Shown here in pieces: positions 16,319-24,413 of a stretch of 64,000 nucleotides of DNA. Source of the stretch: a virus; the IMG/VR virus record IMGVR_UViG_3300027895_000001, positions 1-64,000 of that record, one strand, 5' to 3'. Position 1 is the first letter of the stretch, and each line of letters starts with the position of its first letter. Below the pieces are notes generated by a model. The model was not told the origin of the DNA, made no database searches, and was given only the letters and a program-made list of their open reading frames with translations. Both the position numbers and the translations under genes were made by a program.

Positions 16319-16845
16319 AGTCGTACCTTTCCACCCCAGCGCGTCTTTATAACTCGCTTCTCCCGCCTTAGCCTATCCCACATACGCAGCGCCGACTCTC
16401 GCCGGATCTCAAATCCCTCTCCTATAATCCTTCGCCCCTGTTGTGCTGGAATAGTCACAGCATCTTCTACCGTCCATCCCCTTTTCAAGCGAGAAGCTAG
16501 AGTGCAGTTATCAATACCACAGCGCTGCGCCCATTCTGCTTGAGTCAAAGTCTCGCCATTGTGAGTAATCCATACATTGTCTCTACGATTGCGATGCTGC
16601 TGAATGTCAGTAGCCCAACGGCAATTACTAGGTTCGTAGTTGCCGTCATTGTTTGGATAGCGATCAATCGTCGTACCTGCTGGTCGCTTGCCCATATCAG
16701 CCAAGAACTGAAAAAAAGTATGCCATCGCTGCGCGACCGTGATTCCACGTCCTCCATAGTTGTGATAGTTCGGATGCTTGGGGTTGTAGCAACGCTGCAT
16801 CATCTGTGCCCAACTCTTATACTCTCTTGTCGCTGACCATCTCAC
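16315..16845 (-). CDS. phage homing-endonuclease-associated DNA-binding protein (family commonly annotated HNH endonuclease)
   Basis: YKSWAQMMQRCYNPKHPNYHNYGGRGITVAQRW...IDRYPNNDGNYEPSNCRWAT...AEWAQRCGI...RLKRGWTVEDA pattern. GTG 16845 with AGGAG 10 nt upstream is preferred over the track start at 16953, which would overlap the nuclease gene by 137 nt. Confidence 0.55.
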   Translation of the reverse strand: MRWSATREYKSWAQMMQRCYNPKHPNYHNYGGRGITVAQRWHTFFQFLADMGKRPAGTTIDRYPNNDGNYEPSNCRWATDIQQHRNRRDNVWITHNGETLTQAEWAQRCGIDNCTLASRLKRGWTVEDAVTIPAQQGRRIIGEGFEIRRESALRMWDRLRREKRVIKTRWGGKVRL

Positions 16846-18439
16846 TTGCTTCTTTCTCCTGAATGTGATTTGGCACACGAATTTTATACTTGCTTGATTC
16901 GAGTGGCGACTTTTGAATATCCGATCCCCCATAACATATTGGGACAAAAGCACATTCAGATGGATAAGAACATGCTCTCCGACTCATTGGAAAATGGATA
17001 TTCAGTAAATGTCGTTTCTCTCCTTCATCTTGTGCCTGTTCACATGCTACCACACTCTCAGCAACTTTTGTCTCGATACTTTCAACTTGTTCCACAAAAT
17101 CACGTAATTGGTCGTCCTGGCGGTAGACGGTCAAGGGCGCCGGGAACACCGCGTCGAGCGGGTGCGTCGTGGTGTAGCCGAGGGACTGGGCGCGGGACTT
17201 CCATCCCAGCTCGCGAGGTTCCGCGCCGGTCGTCGAGTCGTAGGCTGACATCGCCATCTGAGAGTCGTCGAGCGCGTCGATCCACCGCCGGATCGCGTCG
17301 GGGCCGTCCTCCCACACCGGACGGGCGCGCCAGTTCTGCCACGCCAGCTTCGAAGTGGATGATCCGTCGTCCTTCAGGTAATCATTAGACCAGCATTCGT
17401 CGCCTACGGTATAGGAGGATTGGCCGCGCGAGGGAGTAGAGGTTGCGACGTACTTGCGGATCAGGTGCGAGCGTTGCGACCAGACGCGGATGCCGAACCG
17501 CGCCGAGAGATCCTTGTCCTCCCAGCGGCCTCCCTTCAGCAGGTACTCGTAGCGAATGCCGAGGATGCGGGGCGAGGCGGGGAGGGCCGCGAGATACTTC
17601 TGCGTCGCAATCGGAATCTCAGCCAGATCCGGATTGTGCTTGTCTGTCCCATGTAACACCGTCCACCATTGGCCGAGTCGCCGCTCGACCTCCACTCCCT
17701 CGCTGAGTCCCTGCATGTCGTGCTCGGCGTCGCGGGCCTTGCGGATGTCCCACGTGGCGGCAGTCTTGTAGGAGAGGAGGTAGAGGGAGTTGTCGCTCCT
17801 GCTGCGCAGGAGGGCGTCAGGGCGGGACATGAACCGTAGTTGCCACGGTTGCATGATCTCTTCCTGATCGTCGTGCAACCACGATGCCAGCTCCCAGTCC
17901 CCTTCCCGCTCGACCTCCAGCACCTCGAACTCCTCCAGCAGCGGACGCAACCGACGACGGGCGTAGGCGCGCACCATCGCCTCGACCAGCGCCGACTGCT
18001 CAGCGTAGAGCCATTCGTCGTACTCCGCAGCGGCGTTGCGCTGGCGTCCCAGCAGTTCCGTCATGGCAGGGTCGTTGGCGTCCATGCCGAGGTCGCGCGC
18101 CGTCGCCAGCACCTGCGCGTCGAAGCCTGCGTCTCTGGGGTCGATCACGGCGGACATCGCAGCCTGCTCGGTCGTGTCGAGCGCGAGGGCGGAGCGGTGA
18201 GTGGAGAAGTCGGCGAGAGCCGCAGCGACGGCCACACTCTCGTCTATGATCCCAATGCCGTCCATGGTCTGCCGCAACAGAGATTCCAGTCCCTTGTGGA
18301 CCGCCCCACCGACGCATAGCGGGAGTGGCTTCTTCGGCGGTTCAAGGCCCATCCCAGCCTCGTGGTAGCGGAGCCAGCGCTCGCGGGGGCAGTGCTGGTA
18401 GGTCTCGGTGCGGGATCGGTCGGTCCATATAGTTTTCAT
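16817..18439 (-). CDS. PD-(D/E)XK nuclease, Cas4/RecB-like with Fe-S type cysteines
   Basis: N-terminal TETYQHCPRERWL, RPDALL...LYLLSYKT (D...xK core), and C-terminal CSYPSECAFVPIC. ATG 18439 overlaps the upstream stop (ATGA). Confidence 0.8.
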   Translation of the reverse strand: MKTIWTDRSRTETYQHCPRERWLRYHEAGMGLEPPKKPLPLCVGGAVHKGLESLLRQTMDGIGIIDESVAVAAALADFSTHRSALALDTTEQAAMSAVIDPRDAGFDAQVLATARDLGMDANDPAMTELLGRQRNAAAEYDEWLYAEQSALVEAMVRAYARRRLRPLLEEFEVLEVEREGDWELASWLHDDQEEIMQPWQLRFMSRPDALLRSRSDNSLYLLSYKTAATWDIRKARDAEHDMQGLSEGVEVERRLGQWWTVLHGTDKHNPDLAEIPIATQKYLAALPASPRILGIRYEYLLKGGRWEDKDLSARFGIRVWSQRSHLIRKYVATSTPSRGQSSYTVGDECWSNDYLKDDGSSTSKLAWQNWRARPVWEDGPDAIRRWIDALDDSQMAMSAYDSTTGAEPRELGWKSRAQSLGYTTTHPLDAVFPAPLTVYRQDDQLRDFVEQVESIETKVAESVVACEQAQDEGEKRHLLNIHFPMSRRACSYPSECAFVPICYGGSDIQKSPLESSKYKIRVPNHIQEKEASEMVSDKRV

Positions 18440-18774
18440 GCCGGCATGCCTTCTTCCGGCTCTGTTGGAAGTGGCGAGCCATCGTCCCACGCACTTGGTC
18501 CTTGGACCCGATCAACCATCTCCCCGACTGTTTCCTGCGTCGGAGCGTGTTCTAGCAGTTTAATAGGCTGAACATCGTCGAAATTATTTTTAGTCCTGCA
18601 AAGGGAGTTCAGGATGCCGAAAAACTTGGGCCGATCCAATTTGGCGAACAACGCTTTGTTGGACTCAGTATAGAACATCCGGCCCTCCTGAGGAGGGTAG
18701 CTATGGAACTTCAACTCGTAGCAGAACAGGCTCTCGTAGTCCGTGTCTGCCTCTACCAAGTAGAATGTTTTCAT
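18436..18774 (-). CDS. hypothetical protein, first gene of the leftward replication operon
   Basis: 112-aa track ORF; GAGG lies 7 nt before the ATG; about 40-nt leader downstream of promoter 18822-18850. Confidence 0.6.
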   Translation of the reverse strand: MKTFYLVEADTDYESLFCYELKFHSYPPQEGRMFYTESNKALFAKLDRPKFFGILNSLCRTKNNFDDVQPIKLLEHAPTQETVGEMVDRVQGPSAWDDGSPLPTEPEEGMPA

Positions 18775-18821
18775 GGGATTACCTCGATTGTGGAAATGTA
18801 GAATGCCGAGCTACGAGATGA

Positions 18822-18850
18822 GTTATACTCGCAGCCGAGAAAGTTGTCAA
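18822..18850 (-). promoter_or_regulatory. sigma70-like promoter TTGACA-17-TATAAC
   Basis: Minus strand reads GAAATTTCCC TTGACA ACTTTCTCGGCTGCGAG TATAAC. Confidence 0.6.
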
Positions 18851-18971
18851 GGGAAATTTCGCGTATCCCTACAGCGTCGTCCGCGTCTGACATGGGAGAG
18901 TAACGCGGGGGTGGGTGACGTGAGCGTAAGTGGACAGGGACCGTAAAATAATTTACACACCATCAACGATT

Positions 18972-18999
18972 TTGCTTGCATTTGATGCTACTCTATGGT
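18972..18999 (+). promoter_or_regulatory. possible rightward promoter TTGCTT-16-TATGGT
   Basis: Weak match only. It is positioned to drive the 19094 gene. Confidence 0.3.
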
Positions 19000-19042
19000 C
19001 AACATTCAGTCTGCCGTAGGGCAAATCTGAAAAAGAGGCCGA

Positions 19043-19074
19043 GAGGGCTACGGTGCCGTCACACCGTAGTCCTC
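19043..19074 (+). promoter_or_regulatory. inverted repeat / 5'-UTR hairpin (candidate operator or translational control element)
   Basis: GAGGGCTACGGTG CCGTCA CACCGTAGTCCTC: an 8-bp perfect core, extendable to 13 bp with one G-T pair. It ends 10 nt before the GGAGGG RBS of the TTG-start gene. Confidence 0.5.
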
Positions 19075-19093
19075 GACCCTTGACGGAGGGCAC

Positions 19094-20251
19094 TTGTCTA
19101 CTCTTCCGCTCGCTCTCACATCTGAAATCCTAACCATTGATCCCACTGCAGACGCATACTCCCAAGAGAAGATCCTGCACGGTTTGTGCCGCGACACCAA
19201 CGGCAAGCTCACACTGAAGCCAGAGATTGAGCGCAGGCTCCAGCCGCGGCGCCGTGGGCACGTCACCGAACTCCTGTGGTCGAACCGCGAATCCGAAGCC
19301 AACTCCCTCGCCGCATGCCGTCTCATCAACAAAGTCCTCGAAGAGTGTCCCGATGGCCACGAGGCGGTCAAGGTGCCGATATGGTGCGGCAAGCCGTTCC
19401 TTTGCGGCGACTGTGCTACACCAGGCTCACGTGTGCACAAGTTTCACTACGAGCATCCCTACCTCTACGAGTTAATGATGAACTCCGCGATCACCATCTT
19501 AAAGTTCATGATCGATCCCAGCCCCGACGGACGCGGGATCAGCTGCAGCCAGGCGCGGATCAACTTGGAGAAAGCACAGGAGAAGTTCGAACTCTTCATA
19601 CGTAACTTTGACGACAAGGATCATGGCTGGTACTTCGCCGCTGGATTCAGCTACGACGAGGACAGCCCCACGTTCTCTCGTACCAAGTTCTACGCCATCC
19701 ACATCGGACCCAAACTCCCCGGATATCCTGAGCTAGCTAAGTTGTGGCGTGCAGCAGCCGGCCCACAGGCTCGCGTTACAGCCAAGCTATTCGACGGCAA
19801 AGACGGCGACGGTCAATATGACGGCCTGAAGCTAGCCTTCAGTGGATTCGTGGACTACCACGAGGGATTGCGCGACATGGATGGCTGGCCTGCAATCGAC
19901 TACTCCGAAGCCTTCGCCAAGTACAACACGTGCAAGCCGTATGGGTACTTCTACGGGTATGGAGCGCGTGAGGAGCGAAGGCGCAAGGCCCAGCAGCCAG
20001 AGCCGCCACCAATCGTAGACTTATGCGTCGAAGGCCACGAACACGAGCACAAGACTAAGTGCGGCAAGTGTGGCAAGGATATGGTACCCAATAATCGCCT
20101 GCCGCTTATGACCGACGAGGAGTTGGATCAGAGATACGAGCGCGTCATACTCGGCCATAGTAGTAAGGCCATCTATGGCCGAGTTGGGACGACAACCTAC
20201 GGTGAACTCGGTAGCTCATCGACTCCGGCTACTGTTTCTCCTCCAAGCTGA
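19094..20251 (+). CDS. hypothetical Cys-rich protein (possible replication-initiation type protein), TTG start
   Basis: GGAGGG lies 4 nt before the TTG. VPIWCGKPFLCGDC and CVEGHEHEHKTKCGKCG metal-binding-like motifs. Function not recognised with confidence. Confidence 0.65.
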   Translation: MSTLPLALTSEILTIDPTADAYSQEKILHGLCRDTNGKLTLKPEIERRLQPRRRGHVTELLWSNRESEANSLAACRLINKVLEECPDGHEAVKVPIWCGKPFLCGDCATPGSRVHKFHYEHPYLYELMMNSAITILKFMIDPSPDGRGISCSQARINLEKAQEKFELFIRNFDDKDHGWYFAAGFSYDEDSPTFSRTKFYAIHIGPKLPGYPELAKLWRAAAGPQARVTAKLFDGKDGDGQYDGLKLAFSGFVDYHEGLRDMDGWPAIDYSEAFAKYNTCKPYGYFYGYGAREERRRKAQQPEPPPIVDLCVEGHEHEHKTKCGKCGKDMVPNNRLPLMTDEELDQRYERVILGHSSKAIYGRVGTTTYGELGSSSTPATVSPPS

Positions 20252-20312
20252 GTATTTCTCACACCTCCCACAAGAATTCCACAGCCCGTCAGGCACGCAG
20301 GTCGCGGGAGTG

Positions 20313-20762
20313 TCACTTCTCCAAGGCTACCCACGCCCTCGCTCCCTGTAGATGCTTCACGCCATCTACCACTGGCCCCACGAGGAACGCCCACGCCAGC
20401 GGCTTCCGGCGCCACGCCCACGACAACAGGCCCGGCGTCGCGGCGAGTCCCATCTGAAGGACATTGCGCGCCTCCAACGCACGGTAGGAGGGATGCGTCC
20501 CGATCAACCAGGGATTGCCTTCGACGTATCCGCTACCGTCGTGCAGGCCGTGCGTCGTTTCATGCGCGTCGTACAAGCCAGCAACGGTATCGAATGCTAC
20601 GACTCCGGCGAGTGCCCACAGAGGCTTATGGGATCGTGGCTCAGGCTGGCGCATGGATGGAGTAGCGTAGTCGCTGAATCTCACGCCAGCAGGAACGGGA
20701 GCGTCTGGGAGTTGAGCCAGTGCCGTGCCACAGAGAAGGGCGAGAGTGAGGAAGCGGGTCAT
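20313..20762 (-). CDS. secreted/membrane protein with signal peptide (DUF5658-like EGNP motif)
   Basis: MTRFLTLALLCGTALAQ signal-like N-terminus; YVEGNPWLIG motif. ATG overlaps the upstream stop (ATGA 20759-20762). Confidence 0.6.
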   Translation of the reverse strand: MTRFLTLALLCGTALAQLPDAPVPAGVRFSDYATPSMRQPEPRSHKPLWALAGVVAFDTVAGLYDAHETTHGLHDGSGYVEGNPWLIGTHPSYRALEARNVLQMGLAATPGLLSWAWRRKPLAWAFLVGPVVDGVKHLQGARAWVALEK

Positions 20763-21439
20763 ACGTGGTAATCCACGTTGACCAGCAAAGTATCGGTCGG
20801 CAAGGGTTTAATGAAGCGACGAATAAACTGTTCGCCCCAGATTTCCTCGGGCTCGTTCCAGCATATAATTCTCGCTCCAGTTCGTTCGTCCTTGTGAAGG
20901 CATTTTCCGAACCATTTGTCAGGATCAGCGGTTGGCTTGTCCAAATCTTTGCGTTCACATTCGGTGTAGGCTGGCGCTCCGAACCACCCCATGCGCTCGG
21001 CTTCGTGCCAGTGGCGGTTCGAGAGAAACGCATAGGCGAACTTGAACTTCCCCAATTCCAGCACGCGAGTGACTTCTAGAATATCGCCTCGGTGTTTCTT
21101 TAGTTGAGAGGCTACGCGCTGGCCTTTTCCTTCACACCCGTTGCAACCATTGCAGCTTTTTACCCAATCCGCTCCGAATCGCTCTAGTCCGTCCGGGCGA
21201 ACGCCAGTTCCCGCACACAGATTGCAGACCTCCATATTGATCGGGTCGGTGTATGGATCGTAACCGTCCAAACTGCCCGTAAAGCGTCCGCCGATCTGAT
21301 ACCAGTCCCAGCGGCTACCGTCACGGAACCATTCATTGCCTTCATCGAAGGGAGCCATCTCCCATGCTAGGGCCGATTCTAAGCCATTGGCCTTTATCTT
21401 GGCTTTGTCAATTGCGACGATTACGCTTGCATGACTCAT
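20759..21439 (-). CDS. hypothetical protein with DnaJ-type CxxCxGxG zinc-finger repeats
   Basis: CNLCAGTG and CNGCNGCEGKG. Start at MSHAS (GGAGG 5 nt upstream, ATGA overlap with the upstream mini-ORF). Confidence 0.65.
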   Translation of the reverse strand: MSHASVIVAIDKAKIKANGLESALAWEMAPFDEGNEWFRDGSRWDWYQIGGRFTGSLDGYDPYTDPINMEVCNLCAGTGVRPDGLERFGADWVKSCNGCNGCEGKGQRVASQLKKHRGDILEVTRVLELGKFKFAYAFLSNRHWHEAERMGWFGAPAYTECERKDLDKPTADPDKWFGKCLHKDERTGARIICWNEPEEIWGEQFIRRFIKPLPTDTLLVNVDYHV

Positions 21440-21573
21440 TTGATCCTCCAAGACTGAACAATCTCAATCACCATCCACACCGCCCACCATCCGGCAGCGG
21501 CGACCATGACCACGGCGACGAGTCCGATTACCTTGTCGAAGGTGTCGTAGGGGAGTGCGCGTCGGCGGGTCAT
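21436..21573 (-). CDS. small single-pass membrane protein (45 aa)
   Basis: Not in the track. MTRRRALPYDTFDKVIGLVAVVMVAAAGWWAVWMVIEIVQSWRIK. ATGA overlaps at both ends. Confidence 0.45.
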   Translation of the reverse strand: MTRRRALPYDTFDKVIGLVAVVMVAAAGWWAVWMVIEIVQSWRIK

Positions 21574-21722
21574 CGGCGGTCCCGCTCCATTTCGGGCTCG
21601 GACCTGTCCCAGCACGGAGTTCCTTCAATCTCAAATCCCTTCCAGTTTTGTAGCTGCTCGGCATGGGAGTGGAACAGATTGTCGATTTGCTTACGACTGT
21701 ATTCTGCGTCTGTGATCGTCAT
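21570..21722 (-). CDS. hypothetical small protein
   Basis: Start at MTITD with GAGG 7 nt upstream. 50 aa. Confidence 0.45.
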   Translation of the reverse strand: MTITDAEYSRKQIDNLFHSHAEQLQNWKGFEIEGTPCWDRSEPEMERDRR

Positions 21723-21793
21723 GGTTTCGCCTCGGTCGATTCGTATTGAACCACTCACGCCAGCACGCCATTTAGGTATGCCAGCGTCGGCGG

Positions 21794-22123
21794 TTAAATG
21801 TGCGAGGTCTGTTCTACCGCCAAAGCCTGTTGTGGTAGCTGCGTGGTATTTGCGGGAGCTTTGCCTATGATCTCTCGGAGTAAGGCCAAAGTCTCGTCCA
21901 TGCGGTTGGATTGTGTAATCGGAGCATACACTTCAAAACCATCGTCATTGGGATAGATTTGCACAGCAATGACTGGGACGCGACCAGCTCCAACCCAGAA
22001 TTCAACACTGCCTTGTTTATTCGCAGACGTTATCAAGCGCCCAGAGCGGTAATTTGCAGCGGTTAGAGCGTCTACAACTTGTTGGATATTCTCATCGTTG
22101 CGTGCTTTCTTCTCGTTTTTCAT
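21794..22123 (-). CDS. hypothetical protein
   Basis: Start at MKNEKK with GAGG upstream. 109 aa. Confidence 0.55.
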   Translation of the reverse strand: MKNEKKARNDENIQQVVDALTAANYRSGRLITSANKQGSVEFWVGAGRVPVIAVQIYPNDDGFEVYAPITQSNRMDETLALLREIIGKAPANTTQLPQQALAVEQTSHI

Positions 22124-22195
22124 TGTGACCTCGTGTGTGAGATTTAAGACTTTCAACAGGAGCACTCGCCTCGGAGCGAATGCCCGATGACGGCC

Positions 22196-22471
22196 TTAAA
22201 TCCGCCCACATGCCCAAGCTGATAGCAGCTGAGGGTTACGAGCGCTCATATCGGCGAACGTGTTACGAATTTCTTCCTTCTCTACCATACGCAGATGCGG
22301 GAAGCGAGTTAGCGTGCCATCCGGTTCGATGCGAACGTTCCCAACCTTGCCACGTTCGAAGAAATATTGATCTTTGCCAATGGTGAGAATGTTCGGATTG
22401 CCATCGGTCGCAAACATCCGACCGATTACGCCTAACATATTGGCAGCATCTTTTGTGCAACTGTAACCCAT
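22196..22471 (-). CDS. hypothetical protein
   Basis: 91-aa track ORF; GGAGGAG lies shortly before the ATG. Confidence 0.55.
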   Translation of the reverse strand: MGYSCTKDAANMLGVIGRMFATDGNPNILTIGKDQYFFERGKVGNVRIEPDGTLTRFPHLRMVEKEEIRNTFADMSARNPQLLSAWACGRI

Positions 22472-22480
22472 AACTCCTCC

Positions 22481-22753
22481 TTAATCGCACTCGAATGGCT
22501 CAACTACCCTGCGAATCACGCGGTAGCCGTCCACGTACTGAATGCTGGTTACGGCTGTAACTTGGTAATCGAGGATGGATTGGAAATCTCCCGCCCGCTG
22601 TGTGATCTGTTCTGGCGTAGGCAGATAGGAGAACGTGTAACTGGTTGATCCTTCAGTTCCTTGCCACAAGATACCGACCACATCAACACGATAGCCTGTA
22701 GACTCTGACAGCTTGCGATCCCGCGCGGCCTTGCTACGTCCCTTGAGTGTCAT
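22481..22753 (-). CDS. hypothetical protein, first gene of a leftward early operon
   Basis: 90-aa track ORF; GGAGGAAACGCTC precedes the ATG. Confidence 0.55.
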   Translation of the reverse strand: MTLKGRSKAARDRKLSESTGYRVDVVGILWQGTEGSTSYTFSYLPTPEQITQRAGDFQSILDYQVTAVTSIQYVDGYRVIRRVVEPFECD

Positions 22754-23044
22754 GAGCGTTTCCTCCGTGGCGGCCTTACCTCGCCGCGCATGTTCACTCT
22801 CTCATAACCTTACGCTCATGTCAAGCAATTTGTGAGCGTATGCGGCGCGAAAGATGGCATCAAACGTGCAAGGGAAACCGACTGACCGGTCGGTTGGGTG
22901 AAATGACGCACCCTCTATCCCTAGTAGCGTCTACGGACAGACACAACTACTAGTGGTAGTGATGATAGGGATGGTGGTAGAGTGTGGAGGAGTTGCGTCC
23001 AATCTCACGAGCGATCTCACATCCACGACCGCCGCTACTCTCTC

Positions 23045-23113
23045 GTCCCTCCCTAGGCGTAATCCCTTGTCCTGTCCCGCGTCCCAGTCCCGTGGCCCTA
23101 GGTCCCACGTCCC
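23045..23113. repeat. cluster of GTCCC pentamer repeats (C-rich on the + strand)
   Basis: GTCCC at 23045, 23074, 23081, 23087, 23102 and 23109, plus variants GTCCT at 23069 and GGCCC at 23094. Lies in a non-coding region. Confidence 0.5.
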
Positions 23114-23160
23114 ACGCCTCGGTCGCCGTGAGCACGCCGCCTACCACGCCACCCCTCGCC

Positions 23161-23189
23161 AACGTTACGCCAGGTTACCGGAACGTTAC
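23161..23189. repeat. direct repeat AACGTTAC x2, 21 bp apart
   Basis: AACGTTAC at 23161-23168 and 23182-23189, with GGTTACCGG between them. Confidence 0.5.
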
Positions 23190-23382
23190 TCCTGCGACCC
23201 ACGCCTGGGTGCCGATGCCGGCGGCCGTGTCCGAGTTGTCCGGCGAGACAGGCCCCCGACGACGGAGACGTATATCCTGTTGCCCACCTACCACTTACAC
23301 AATTTTTATAATTTTTGGGGTCGCGCCATCGCCACTCCGGCAACGCTGAGTGGGCCGTCGTCGCTGGCCATGACGATTCCAC

Positions 23383-23411
23383 TTGACGGAGACGCGGGTC
23401 TGAGGTATAAG
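23383..23411 (+). promoter_or_regulatory. sigma70-like promoter TTGACG-17-TATAAG
   Basis: The -10 ends 6 nt before ATG 23418, implying a leaderless or near-leaderless mRNA. Confidence 0.5.
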
Positions 23412-23417
23412 TGTACC

Positions 23418-23726
23418 ATGAGTACCGACCGTAGCTATCCCCGCGACGCCCTCGGCAACGAACTCTGCAAGGGCGACCTCGTGCGCGTGACCCTCCAGAC
23501 GCCCGCGCTCAACTTCCGCCTCATGCAGGTGGAACCCGCTGGGACGATCGCCATGCCAGGCGCTCCGGGTGGTGCCATGCCTCTGCGCGGCACGATGATC
23601 CTCGTGGCTACGATGCCGGTCGACTACGACGCCGGGAGCCAGATGGCGGGGATGTTCAAGCTGGTCGACCCGGACCCGGAGGCGGCGAGGGACGCGGCGG
23701 ATCGGATGAAGCTGGTGACGCAGTGA
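23418..23726 (+). CDS. hypothetical protein (first rightward late-side gene)
   Basis: ATG 23418 lies within track ORF 22953-23726. The upstream part of that ORF is repeat-rich and looks non-coding. Confidence 0.55.
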   Translation: MSTDRSYPRDALGNELCKGDLVRVTLQTPALNFRLMQVEPAGTIAMPGAPGGAMPLRGTMILVATMPVDYDAGSQMAGMFKLVDPDPEAARDAADRMKLVTQ

Positions 23727-23879
23727 CGGAATCGATCGAGTTCCAGTCTGGAAGACAGATAACGAAATGCATAATCGTCGCGGTTGTGCTTGTTGCAGCG
23801 TTCATATCTCGGCTCTTCCATTATCGGAGGAAATGGAACAATAAGTCTATAAATAAAACATAAAAAAGCAACAAACCGC

Positions 23880-23908
23880 TTGACATTTGCCGTTATACTG
23901 CCTAATAT
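23880..23908 (+). promoter_or_regulatory. near-consensus sigma70 promoter TTGACA-17-TAATAT
   Basis: TTGACA 23880-23885, a 17-nt spacer, TAATAT 23903-23908. Lies in an AT-rich island. Confidence 0.6.
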
Positions 23909-23913
23909 TAGGC
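23900..23913. promoter_or_regulatory. perfect 14-bp palindrome GCCTAATATTAGGC overlapping the -10 (candidate operator)
   Basis: Read directly from the sequence; it is centred on the -10 hexamer. Confidence 0.5.
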
Positions 23914-24146
23914 AAGGTTGAACGGCACACATACCCCAAGATAGGGAGCCGGACCGATGCGTTGAACGATCTTAAGTTCGCGTTTTGACATAAGTACAGT
24001 CTAGCGCCGAATGCCTGTGCAAATGAAACGGCACCAGTACCAATCGTCGCCATTATCATCAACAACGTGCTTACTATTCGCGACATCAGGAAGATTTTGG
24101 ATGAATGTATAGAGGACGTGAGGTCAGGAAGGTCGGAGTGGAAGAG

Positions 24147-24413
24147 ATGATCGTCGATCACGAAGAACTCATGAAGTGGGCGAAGGACGAAGCTCCAATG
24201 CTGCGACTGCCGATAAGCGAATCGAGAGGCGAGATTGGTAGGAGACCTGTGCGACTGGAGCTCACAACGGAATACGAATTCGCTGGGGACCACGTTATCG
24301 CCCGTGTCTACCTGAGAGAGCCGCGCTGCCTGCAATTAACTCACGATCCAGAGAGAACTGTCGCGCACACCAATTGTGAATGCGGCCCTCTGGCCGAACG
24401 GTGGCTGGCATGA
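24147..24413 (+). CDS. hypothetical protein
   Basis: Start at MIVDHEEL with GGAG 8 nt upstream. 88 aa. Confidence 0.5.
   Translation: MIVDHEELMKWAKDEAPMLRLPISESRGEIGRRPVRLELTTEYEFAGDHVIARVYLREPRCLQLTHDPERTVAHTNCECGPLAERWLA

Noticed and set aside
20252-20312. Bidirectional terminator between the convergent genes 19094-20251 and 20313-20762
   Set aside because: Only 4-bp stems could be drawn, with no T-tract. Not reported as a feature.
22953-23417. N-terminal 155 codons of track ORF 22953-23726
   Set aside because: The region is made of pentamer and direct repeats with Pro/Arg/Ser-rich translation, and a good promoter sits just before ATG 23418.
23847-24335. Full 162-aa minus ORF in and beyond the AT-rich island
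   Set aside because: Its 5' half is antisense to ORF 24147-24413 and has no features. Only the 79-aa distal part (from 24086) is even discussable, and it lacks an SD. It is kept as an open question in the findings.
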